Source of the DNA: Utricularia gibba
Lineage: Eukaryota > Plantae > Magnoliophyta
DNA: 22,465 bases
Assembly (NCBI GenBank): GCA_002189035.1
Contig: NEEC01000208.1
Span: 1-22,465, forward strand
Reading direction: 5' to 3'
Below the pieces are notes generated by a model. It was not told where the DNA came from. It saw only the letters and a program-made list of their open reading frames with translations, and ran no database searches. The position numbers were made by a program, and so were the translations under genes. Below, piece by piece: positions 10,759-22,465 of this stretch (its first letter is position 1; the number at the start of each line of letters is the position of its first letter).

Positions 10759-13700
10759 TTGAGAAAACCATTTTGGGTGCTCATGACATCCTAACTTCAA
10801 TAAGTGCAGCACGATTTTCGTCGAGTAGGACCCGATGTGGCAAAGGAACCTTGGGTCAGAACGAAGTTCACAACGACATCACCCGCCCAAAAACGACAAG
10901 CTTTTCCTTGAGAAACCATGTAGGCAGCCAATTAAAACCCAACGTTAAGAAATGCATCAAGTTTTTTGCCGAGCTACAAATGACTATGGGCCCGAGCTCG
11001 ACTCGACCTCCTTCTCGATACCGTTGCCCCACGAGAGCGCCTCCTCAGATATAAAGCATGCGGTTGAGAAAACCATTTTGGGTGCTCATGACATCCTAAC
11101 TTCAATAAGTGCATCACGATTTTCGTCGAGTAGGACCCGATGTGGCAAAGGAGTCAGACCGAACCTTGGGTCAGAACGAAGTTCACAACGACATCACCCG
11201 CCCAAAAACGACAAGCTTTTCCTTGAGAAACCATGTAGGCAGCCAATTAAAACCCAACGTTAAGAAATGCATCAAGTTTTTTGCCGAGCACAAATGACTA
11301 TGGGCCCGAGCTCGACTCGACCTCCTTCTCGATACCGTTGCCCCACGAGAGCGCCTCCTCAGATATAAAGCATGCGGTTGAGAAAACCATTTTGGGTGCT
11401 CATGACATCCTAACTTCAATAAGTGCAGCACGATTTTCGTCGAGTAGGACCCGATGTGGCAGGAAGAACCTTGGGTCAGAACGAAGTTCACAACGACATC
11501 ACCCGCCCAAAAACGACAAGCTTTTCCTTGAGAAACCATGTAGGCAGCCAATTAAAACCCAACGTTAAGAAATGCATCAAGTTTTTTGCCGAGCCACAAA
11601 TGACTATGGGCCCGAGCTCGACTCGACCTCCTTCTCGATACCGTTGCCCCACGAGAGCGCCTCCTCAGATATAAAGCATGCGGTTGAGAAAACCATTTTG
11701 GGTGCTCATGACATCCTAACTTCAATAAGTGCATCACGATTTTCGTCGAGTAGGACCCGATGTGGCAAAGGAGTCAGACCGAACCTTGGGTCAGAACGAA
11801 GTTCACAACGACATCACCCGCCCAAAAACGACAAGCTTTTCCTTGAGAAACCATGTAGGCAGCCAATTAAAACCCAACGTTAAGAAATGCATCAAGTTTT
11901 TTGCCGAGCACAAATGACTATGGGCCCGAGCTCGACTCGACCTCCTTCTCGATACCGTTGCCCCACGAGAGCGCCTCCTCAGATATAAAGCATGCGGTTG
12001 AGAAAACCATTTTGGGTGCTCATGACATCCTAACTTCAATAAGTGCATCACGATTTTCGTCGAGTAGGACCCGATGTGGCAAAGGAACCTTGGGTCAGAA
12101 CGAAGTTCACAACGACATCACCCGCCCAAAAACGACAAGCTTTTCCTTGAGAAACCATGTAGGCAGCCAATTAAAACCCAACGTTAAGAAATGCATCAAG
12201 TTTTTTGCCGAGCTACAAATGACTATGGGCCCGAGCTCGACTCGACCTCCTTCTCGATACCGTTGCCCCACGAGAGCGCCTCCTCAGATATAAAGCATGC
12301 GGTTGAGAAAACCATTTTGGGTGCTCATGACATCCTAACTTCAATAAGTGCATCACGATTTTCGTCGAGTAGGACCCGATGTGGCAAAGGAGTCAGACCG
12401 AACCTTGGGTCAGAACGAAGTTCACAACGACATCACCCGCCCAAAAACGACAAGCTTTTCCTTGAGAAACCATGTAGGCAGCCAATTAAAACCCAACGTT
12501 AAGAAATGCATCAAGTTTTTTGCCGAGCCACAAATGACTATGGGCCCGAGCTCGACTCGACCTCCTTCTCGATACCGTTGCCCCACGAGAGCGCCTCCTC
12601 AGATATAAAGCATGCGGTTGAGAAAACCATTTTGGGTGCTCATGACATCCTAACTTCAATAAGTGCAGCACGATTTTCGTCGAGTAGGACCCGATGTGGC
12701 AAAGGAGTCAGACCGAACCTTGGGTCAGAACGAAGTTCACAACGACATCACCCGCCCAAAAACGACAAGCTTTTCCTTGAGAAACCATGTAGGCAGCCAA
12801 TTAAAACCCAACGTTAAGAAATGCATCAAGTTTTTTGCCGAGCCACAAATGACTATGGGCCCGAGCTCGACTCGACCTCCTTCTCGATACCGTTGCCCCA
12901 CGAGAGCGCCTCCTCAGATATAAAGCATGCGGTTGAGAAAACCATTTTGGGTGCTCATGACATCCTAACTTCAATAAGTGCATCACGATTTTCGTCGAGT
13001 AGGACCCGATGTGGCAAAGGAGTCAGACCGAACCTTGGGTCAGAACGAAGTTCACAACGACATCACCCGCCCAAAAACGACAAGCTTTTCCTTGAGAAAC
13101 CATGTAGGCAGCCAATTAAAACCCAACGTTAAGAAATGCATCAAGTTTTTTGCCGAGCCACAAATGACTATGGGCCCGAGCTCGACTCGACCTCCTTCTC
13201 GATACCGTTGCCCCACGAGAGCGCCTCCTCAGATATAAAGCATGCGGTTGAGAAAACCATTTTGGGTGCTCATGACATCCTAACTTCAATAAGTGCATCA
13301 CGATTTTCGTCGAGTAGGACCCGATGTGGCAAAGGAGTCAGACTTGGGTCAGAACGAAGTTCACAACGACATCACCCGCCCAAAAACGACAAGCTTTTCC
13401 TTGAGAAACCATGTAGGCAGCCAATTAAAACCCAACGTTAAGAAATGCATCAAGTTTTTTGCCGAGCCACAAATGACTATGGGCCCGAGCTCGACTCGAC
13501 CTCCTTCTCGATACCGTTGCCCCACGAGAGCGCCTCCTCAGATATAAAGCATGCGGTTGAGAAAACCATTTTGGGTGCTCATGACATCCTAACTTCAATA
13601 AGTGCAGCACGATTTCGTCGAGTAGGACCCGATGTGGCAAAGGAGTCAGACCGAACCTTGGGTTTCACAACGACATTTTCACCCGCCCAAAAACGACAAG

Positions 13701-16700
13701 CTTTTCCTTGAGAAACCATGTAGGCAGCCAATTAAAACCCAACGTTAAGAAATGCATCAAGTTTTTTGCCGAGCCACAAATGACTATGGCCCGAGCTCGA
13801 CTCGACCTCCTTCTCGATACCGTTGCCCCACGAGAGCGCCTCCTCAGATATAAAGCATGCGGTTGAGAAAACCATTTTGGGTGCTCATGACATCCTAACT
13901 TCAATAAGTGCAGCACGATTTTCGTCGAGTAGGACCCGATGTGGCAAAGTCAACCTTGGGTCAGAACGAAGTTCACAACGACATCACCCGCCCAAAAACG
14001 ACAAGCTTTTCCTTGAGAAACCATGTAGGCAGCCAATTAAAACCCAACGTTAAGAAATGCATCAAGTTTTTTGCCGAGCACAAATGACTATGGGCCCGAG
14101 CTCGACTCGACCTCCTTCTCGATACCGTTGCCCCACGAGAGCGCCTCCTCAGATATAAAGCATGCGGTTGAGAAAACCATTTTGGGTGCTCATGACATCC
14201 TAACTTCAATAAGTGCATCACGATTTTCGTCGAGTAGGACCCGATGTGGCAAAGAGTCAGACCGAACCTTGGGTCAGAACGAAGTTCACAACGACATCAC
14301 CCGCCCAAAAACGACAAGCTTTTTCCTTGAGAAACCATGTAGGCAGCCAATTAAAACCCAACGTTAAGAAATGCATCAAGTTTTTTGCCGAGCTACAAAT
14401 GACTATGGGCCCGAGCTCGACTCGACCTCCTTCTCGATACCGTTGCCCCACGAGAGCGCCTCCTCAGATATAAAGCATGCGGTTGAGAAAACCATTTTGG
14501 GTGCTCATGACATCCTAACTTCAATAAGTGCAGCACGATTTTCGTCGAGTAGGACCCGATGTGGCAAAGGAGTCACCTTGGGTCAGAACGAAGTTCACAA
14601 CGACATCACCCGCCCAAAAACGACAAGCTTTTCCTTGAGAAACCATGTAGGCAGCCAATTAAAACCCAACGTTAAGAAATGCATCAAGTTTTTTGCCGAG
14701 CCACAAATGACTATGGGCCCGAGCTCGACTCGACCTCCTTCTCGATACCGTTGCCCCACGAGAGCGCCTCCTCAGATATAAAGCATGCGGTTGAGAAAAC
14801 CATTTTGGGTGCTCATGACATCCTAACTTCAATAAGTGCAGCACGATTTTCGTCGAGTAGGACCCGATGTGGCAAAAGGAACCTCAGAACTTGACATCAC
14901 CCGAAAAACGACAAGCTTTTCCTTGAGAAACCATGTAGGCAGCCAATTAAAACCCAACGTTAAGAAATGCATCAAGTTTTTTGCCGAGCCACAAATGACT
15001 ATGGGCCCGAGCTCGACTCGACCTCCTTCTCGATACCGTTGCCCCACGAGAGCGCCTCCTCAGATATAAAGCATGCGGTTGAGAAAACCATTTTGGGTGC
15101 TTATGACATCCTAACTTCAATAAGTGCATCACCCGATTTTCGTCGACCCGATGTGGCCAGACCGAACCTTGGGTCAGAGCGACATCACCGCCCAAAAACG
15201 ACAAGCTTTTCCTTGAGAAACCATGTAGGCAGCCAATTAAAACCCAACGTTAAGAAATGCATCAAGTTTTTTGCCGAGCCACAAATGACTATGGGCCCGA
15301 GCTCGACTCGACCTCCTTCTCGATACCGTTGCCCCACGAGAGCGCCTCCTCAGATATAAAGCATGCGGTTGAGAAAACCATTTTGGGTGCTCATGACATC
15401 CTAACTTCAATAAGTGCAGCACGATTTTCGTCGAGTAGGACCCGATGTGGCAAAGGAACCTTGGGTCAGAACGAAGTTCACAACGACATCACCCGCCCAA
15501 AAACGACAAGCTTTTCCTTGAGAAACCATGTAGGCAGCCAATTAAAACCCAACGTTAAGAAATGCATCAAGTTTTTTGCCGAGCACAAATGACTATGGCC
15601 CGAGCTCGACTCGACCTCCTTCTCGATACCGTTGCCCCACGAGAGCGCCTCCTCAGATATAAAGCATGCGGTTGAGAAAACCATTTTGGGTGCTCATGAC
15701 ATCCTAACTTCAATAAGTGCAGCACGATTTTCGTCGAGTAGGACCCGATGTGGCAAAGGAGTCAGACCGAACCTTGGGTCAGAACGAAGTTCACAACGAC
15801 ATCACCCGCCCAAAAACGACAAGCTTTTCCTTGAGAAACCATGTAGGCAGCCAATTAAAACCCAACGTTAAGAAATGCATCAAGTTTTTTGCCGAGCCAC
15901 AAATGACTATGGGCCCGAGCTCGACTCGACCTCCTTCTCGATACCGTTGCCCCACGAGAGCGCCTCCTCAAATATAAAGCATGCGGTTGAGAAAACCATT
16001 TTGGGTGCTCATGACATCCTAACTTCAATAAGTGCATCACGATTTTCGTCGAGTAGGACCCGATGTGGCAAAGGAGTCACCTTGGGTCAGAACGAAGTTC
16101 ACAACGACATCACCCGCCCAAAAACGACAAGCTTTTCCTTGAGAAACCATGTAGGCAGCCAATTAAAACCCAACGTTAAGAAATGCATCAAGTTTTTTGC
16201 CGAGCTACAAATGACTATGGGCCCGAGCTCGACTCGACCTCCTTCTCGATACCGTTGCCCCACGAGAGCGCCTCCTCAGATATAAAGCATGCGGTTGAGA
16301 AAACCATTTTGGGTGCTCATGACATCCTAACTTCAATAAGTGCATCACGATTTTCGTCGAGTAGGACCCGATGTGGCAAAGGTCAGACCTTGGGTCAGAA
16401 CGAAGTTCACAACGACATCACCCGCCCAAAAACGACAAGCTTTTCCTTGAGAAACCATGTAGGCAGCCAATTAAAACCCAACGTTAAGAAATGCATCAAG
16501 TTTTTTGCCGAGCACAAATGACTATGGCCCGAGCTCGACTCGACCTCCTTCTCGATACCGTTGCCCCACGAGAGCGCCTCCTCAGATATAAAGCATGCGG
16601 TTGAGAAAACCATTTTGGTGCTCATGACATCCTAACTTCAATAAGTGCAGCACGATTTTCGTCGAGTAGGACCCGATGTGGCAAAGGAGTCAGACCGAAC

Positions 16701-19689
16701 CTCAGAACGAAGTTCACAACGACATCACCCGCCCAAAAACGACAAGCTTTTCCTTGAGAAACCATGTAGGCAGCCAATTAAAACCCAACGTTAAGAAATG
16801 CATCAAGTTTTTTGCCGAGCACAAATGACTATGGGCCCGAGCTCGACTCGACCTCCTTCTCGATACCGTTGCCCCACGAGAGCGCCTCCTCAGATATAAG
16901 CATGCGGTTGAGAAAACCATTTTGGGTGCTCATGACATCCTAACTTCAATAAGTGCATCACGATTTTCGTCGAGTAGGACCCGATGTGGCAAAGGAGTCA
17001 GACCGAACCTTGGGTCAGAACGAAGTTCACAACGACATCACCCGCCCAAAAACGACAAGCTTTTCCTTGAGAAACCATGTAGGCAGCCAATTAAAACCCA
17101 ACGTTAAGAAATGCATCAAGTTTTTTGCCGAGCTACAAATGACTATGGGCCCGAGCTCGACTCGACCTCCTTCTCGATACCGTTGCCCCACGAGAGCGCC
17201 TCCTCAGATATAAAGCATGCGGTTGAGAAAACCATTTTGGGTGCTCATGACATCCTAACTTCAATAAGTGCAGCACGATTTTCGTCGAGTAGGACCCGAT
17301 GTGGCAAAGGAGTTTGGGTCAGAACGAAGTTCACAACGACATCACCCGCCCAAAAACGACAAGCTTTTCCTTGAGAAACCATGTAGGCAGCCAATTAAAA
17401 CCCAACGTTAAGAAATGCATCAAGTTTTTTGCCGAGCTACAAATGACTATGGGCCCGAGCTCGACTCGACCTCCTTCTCGATACCGTTGCCCCACGAGAG
17501 CGCCTCCTCAGATATAAAGCATGCGGTTGAGAAAACCATTTTGGGTGCTCATGACATCCTAACTTCAATAAGTGCATCACGATTTCGTCGAGTAGGACCC
17601 GATGTGGCAAAGGAGTCAGACCGAACCTTGGGTAGAACGAAGTTCACAACGACATCACCCCCAAAAACGACAAGCTTTTCCTTGAGAAACCATGTAGGCA
17701 GCCAATTAAAACCCAACGTTAAGAAATGCATCAAGTTTTTTGCCGAGCACAAATGACTATGGGCCCGAGCTCGACTCGACCTCCTGCTCGATACCGTTGC
17801 CCCACGAGAGCGCCTCCTCAAATATAAAGCATGCGGTTGAGAAAACCATTTTGGGTGCTCATGACATCCTAACTTCAATAAGTGCATCACGATTTTCGTC
17901 GAGTAGGACCCGATGTGGCAAAAGTCAGACCCCTTGGTCAGAACGAAGTTCACAACGACATCACCCGCCCAAAAACGACAAGCTTTTCCTTGAGAAACCA
18001 TGTAGGCAGCCAATTAAAACCCAACGTTAAGAAATGCATCAAGTTTTTTGCCGAGCCACAAATGACTATGGGCCCGAGCTCGACTCGACTCCTTCTCGAT
18101 ACCGTTGCCCCGAGAGCGCCTCCTCAGATATAAAGCATGCGGTTGAGAAAACCATTTTGGGTGCTCATGACATCCTAACTTCAATAAGTGCAGCACGATT
18201 TTCGTCGAGTAGGACCCGATGTGGCAAAGGAACCTTGGGTCAGAACGAAGTTCACAACGACATCACCCCCAAAAACGACAAGCTTTTCCTTGAGAAACCA
18301 TGTAGGCAGCCAATTAAAACCCAACGTTAAGAAATGCATCAAGTTTTTTGCCGAGCTACAAATGACTATGGGCCCGAGCTCGACTCGACCTCCTTCTCGA
18401 TACCGTTGCCCCACGAGAGCGCCTCCTCAGATATAAAGCATGCGGTTGAGAAAACCATTTTGGGTGCTTGACATCCTAACTTCAATAAGTGCATCACGAT
18501 TTTCGTCGAGTAGGACCCGATGTGGCAAAGGAGTCAGACCGAACCTTGGGTCAGAACGAAGTTCACAACGACATCACCCGCCCAAAAACGACAAGCTTTT
18601 CCTTGAGAAACCATGTAGGCAGCCAATTAAAACCCAACGTTAAGAAATGCATCAAGTTTTTTGCCGAGCCACAAATGACTATGGCCCGAGCTCGACTCGA
18701 CCTCCTTCTCGATACCGTTGCCCCACGAGAGCGCCTCCTCAGATATAAAGCATGCGGTTGAGAAAACCATTTTGGGTGCTCATGACATCCTAACTTCAAT
18801 AAGTGCAGCACGATTTTCGTCGAGTAGGACCCGATGTGGCAAAGGAACCTTGGGTCAGAACGAAGTTCACAACGACATCACCCGCCCAAAAACGACAAGC
18901 TTTTCCTTGAGAAACCATGTAGGCAGCCAATTAAAACCCAACGTTAAGAAATGCATCAAGTTTTTTGCCGAGCTGAGAATGACTATGGGCCCGGCGGTCG
19001 ACTCGACCTCCTTCTCGATACCGTTGCCCCACGAGAGCGCCTCCTCAGATATAAAGCATGCGGTTGAGAAAACCATTTTGGGTGCTCATGACATCCTAAC
19101 TTCAATAAGTGCAGCACGATTTTCGTCGAGTAGGACCCGATGTGGCAAAGGAGTCAGACCGAACCTTGGGTCAGAACGAAGTTCACAACGACATCACCCG
19201 CCCAAAAACGACAAGCTTTTCCTTGAGAAACCATGTAGGCCAATTAAAACCCAACGTTAAGAAAATGCATCAAGTTTTTTGCCGAGCACAAATGACTATG
19301 GGCCCGAGCTCGACTCGACCTCCTTCTCGATACCGTTGCCCCACGAGAGCGCCTCCTCAGATATAAAGCATGCGGTTGAGAAAACCATTTTGGTGCTATG
19401 ACATCCTAACTTCAATAAGTGCAGCACGATTTCGTCGAGTAGGACCCGATGGGCAAAGGAGTCAGACCGAACCTTGGGTCAGAACGAAGTTCACAACGAC
19501 ATCACCGCCCCAAAAACGACAAGCTTTTCCTTGAGAAACCATGTAGGCAGCCAATTAAACCCAACGTTAAGAAATGCATCAAGTTTTTTGCCGAGCCACA
19601 AATGACTATGGGCCCGAGCTCGACTCGACCTCCTTCTCGATACCGTTGCCCCACGAGAGCGCCTCCTCAGATATAAAGCATGCGGTTGA

Positions 19690-22465
19690 GAAAACCATTT
19701 TGGGTGCTCATGACATCCTAACTTCAATAAGTGCAGCACGATTTTCGTCGAGTAGGACCCGATGTGGCAAAGGAACCTTGGGTCAGAACGAAGTTCACAA
19801 CGACATCACCCGCCCAAAAACGACAAGCTTTTCCTTGAGAAACCATGTAGGCAGCCAATTAAAACCCAACGTTAAGAAATGCATCAAGTTTTTTGCCGAG
19901 CTACAAATGACTATGGGCCCGAGCTCGACTCGACCTCCTTTCGATACCGTTGCCCCACGAGAGCGCCTCCTCAGATATAAAGCATGCGGTTGAGAAAACC
20001 ATTTTGGGTGCTTATGACATCCTAACTTCAATAAGTGCATCACGATTTTCGTCGAGTAGGACCCGATGTGGCAAAGGAGTCAGACCGAACCTTGGGTCAG
20101 AACGAAGTTCACAACGACATCACCGCCCAAAAACGACAAGCTTTTCCTTGAGAAACCATGTAGGCAGCCAATTAAAACCCAACGTTAAGAAATGCATCAA
20201 GTTTTTTGCCGAGCCACAAATGACTATGGGCCCGAGCTCGACTCGACCTCCCTGCTCGATACCGTTGCCCCACGAGAGCGCCTCCTCAAATATAAAGCAT
20301 GCGGTTGAGAAAACCATTTTGGGTGCCATGACATCCTAACTTCAATAAGTGCAGCACGATTTCGTCGAGTAGGACCCGATGTGGCAAAGGAGTCAGACCG
20401 AACCTTGGGTCAGAACGAAGTTCACAACGACATCACCCGCCCAAAAACGACAAGCTTTTCCTTGAGAAACCATGTAGGCAGCCAATTAAAACCCAACGTT
20501 AAGAAATGCATCAAGTTTTTTGCCGAGCCACAAATGACTATGGGCCCGAGCTCGACTCGACCTCCTTCTCGATACCGTTGCCCCACGAGAGCGCCTCCTC
20601 AGATATAAAGCATGCGGTTGAGAAAACCATTTTGGGTGCTCATGACATCCTAACTTCAATAAGTGCAGCACGATTTTCGTCGAGTAGGACCCGATGTGGC
20701 AAAGGAACCTTGGGTCAGAACGAAGTTCACAACGACATCACCCGCCCAAAAACGACAAGCTTTTCCTTGAGAAACCATGTAGGCAGCCAATTAAAACCCA
20801 ACGTTAAGAAATGCATCAAGTTTTTTGCCGAGCTACAAATGACTATGGGCCCGAGCTCGACTCGACCTCCTTCTCGATACCGTTGCCCCACGAGAGCGCC
20901 TCCTCAGATATAAAGCATGCGGTTGAGAAAACCATTTTGGGTGCTTATGACATCCTAACTTCAATAAGTGCATCACGATTTTCGTCGAGTAGGACCCGAT
21001 GTGGCAAAGGAGTCAGACCGAACCTTGGGTCAGAACGAAGTTCACAACGACATCACCCGCCCAAAAACGACAAGCTTTTCCTTGAGAAACCATGTAGGCA
21101 GCCAATTAAAACCCAACGTTAAGAAATGCATCAAGTTTTTTGCCGAGCCACAAATGACTATGGGCCCGAGCTCGACTCGACCTCCTTCTCGATACCGTTG
21201 CCCCCACGAGAGCGCCTCCTCAGATATAAAGCATGCGGTTGAGAAAACCATTTTGGTGTGCTCATGACATCCTAACTTCAATAAGTGCAGCACGATTTTC
21301 GTCGAGTAGGACCCGATGTGGCAAAGGAACCTTGGGTCAGAACGAAGTTCACAACGACATCACCCGCCCAAAAACGACAAGCTTTTCCTTGAGAAACCAT
21401 GTAGGCAGCCAATTAAAACCCAACGTTAAGAAATGCATCAAGTTTTTTGCCGAGCACAAATGACTATGGGCCCGAGCTCGACTCGACCTCCTTCTCGATA
21501 CCGTTGCCCCACGAGAGCGCCTCCTCAGATATAAAGCATGCGGTTGAGAAAACCATTTTGGGTGCTTATGACATCCTAACTTCAATAAGTGCATCACGAT
21601 TTTCGTCGAGTAGGACCCGATGTGGCAAAGGAGTCAGACCGAACCTTGGGTCAGAACGAAGTTCACAACGACATCACCCGCCCAAAAACGACAAGCTTTT
21701 CCTTGAGAAACCATGTAGGCAGCCAATTAAAACCCAACGTTAAGAAATGCATCAAGTTTTTTGCCGAGCCACAAATGACTATGGGCCCGAGCTCGACTCG
21801 ACCTCCTTCTCGATACCGTTGCCCCACGAGAGCGCCTCCTCAGATATAAAGCATGCGGTTGAGAAAACCATTTTGGGTGCTCATGACATCCTAACTTCAA
21901 TAAGTGCAGCACGATTTTCGTCGAGTAGGACCCGATGTGGCAAAGAAGGAACCTTGGGTCAGAACGAAGTTCACAACGACATCACCCGCCCAAAAACGAC
22001 AAGCTTTTCCTTGAGAAACCATGTAGGCAGCCAATTAAAACCCAACGTTAAGAAATGCATCAAGTTTTTTGCCGAGCTACAAATGACTATGGGCCCGAGC
22101 TCGACTCGACCTCCTTCTCGATACCGTTGCCCCACGAGAGCGCCTCCTCAGATATAAAGCATGCGGTTGAGAAAACCATTTTGGGTGCTTATGACATCCT
22201 AACTTCAATAAGTGCATCACGATTTTCGTCGAGTAGGACCCGATGTGGCAAAGGAGTCAGACCGAACCTTGGGTCAGAACGAAGTTCACAACGACATCAC
22301 CCGCCCAAAAACGACAAGCTTTTCCTTGAGAAACCATGTAGGCAGCCAATTAAAACCCAACGTTAAGAAATGCATCAAGTTTTTTGCCGAGCCACAAATG
22401 ACTATGGGCCCGAGCTCGACTCGACCCCCTCTCGATACCGTTTGCCCCACGAGAGCGCCTCCTCA
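19690..22465 (+). repeat. Higher-order repeat segment: one 305-bp monomer plus one or two 315-bp monomers (~620 / ~935 bp)
   Basis: The diagnostic GTGCTTATG allele sits at 20013, 20946, 21567 and 22190 (spacings 933, 621, 623). Each time it is in the monomer immediately after a short-class monomer. Confidence 0.75.

Larger units (their letters stand above)
1..22465. repeat. Tandem satellite-like array, ~73 head-to-tail copies of a 315/305-bp monomer; runs off both window ends
   Basis: The same motifs recur throughout at ~305-315 bp spacing. The ATGCATCAAG-anchored ORF starts at 12191, 12506, 12821 and 13136 are exactly 315 bp apart. I counted 73 copies of the AAGTGCA(T/G) site. No inverted copies and no unique intervening sequence longer than ~50 bp were seen. 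Confidence 0.99.

Noticed and set aside
13660-19000. Isolated garbled patches (13661-13682, 14876-14910, 18975-18999)
   Set aside because: Each occurs once, stays collinear with the consensus and has no insertion hallmarks such as target-site duplications. Treated as local sequencing noise.
866-21460. GAGCACAAAT as a third allele, plus the many 1-bp changes in GGG, CCC, AAAA and TTTT runs
   Set aside because: Best explained as homopolymer under-calls, or consensus ambiguity at the C/T site, typical of noisy long reads.
49-22366. All ORFs in the six-frame track as genuine CDS
   Set aside because: They are the same few frames repeated once per monomer. Their boundaries change with every indel, I recognise no domain, and the recurrent variants show no sign of coding constraint.
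1-22465. CRISPR array
   Set aside because: There are no unique spacers: the whole 315 bp repeats, and no cas genes are present.
1-22465. Rolling-circle concatemer of one 315-nt circle (viroid-like or monomeric eccDNA)
   Set aside because: Copies of one template cannot carry several clean, linked, recurrent alleles. I also saw no long self-complementary rod-like pairing, only 4-5 bp stems. A multimeric circle is not fully excluded.

Overview
The whole 22,465-bp window is one uninterrupted head-to-tail tandem array, all in the same orientation, with about 73 copies of a ~315-bp monomer (about 48% GC by hand count). It looks like satellite DNA. I see no genes, rRNA/tRNA, transposase or CRISPR spacers, and the ORF track only repeats the same short frames once per monomer. 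The array has structure at three levels. (1) Each monomer is an old dimer of two diverged subunits of 159 and 156 bp. (2) Monomers fall into variant classes: 315 bp vs 305 bp (a clean 10-bp deletion), plus a few recurrent SNPs. (3) These variants form an imperfect ~930-bp trimer in the first ~8.6 kb and 620/935-bp dimers/trimers in the last ~4 kb. Homopolymer indels and collapsed segments indicate noisy long-read or imperfectly polished sequence, so single-copy variants are unreliable. I could not assign the repeat to a named family or organism. A concatemer of one monomeric circle is unlikely, because several clean alleles recur within the array.
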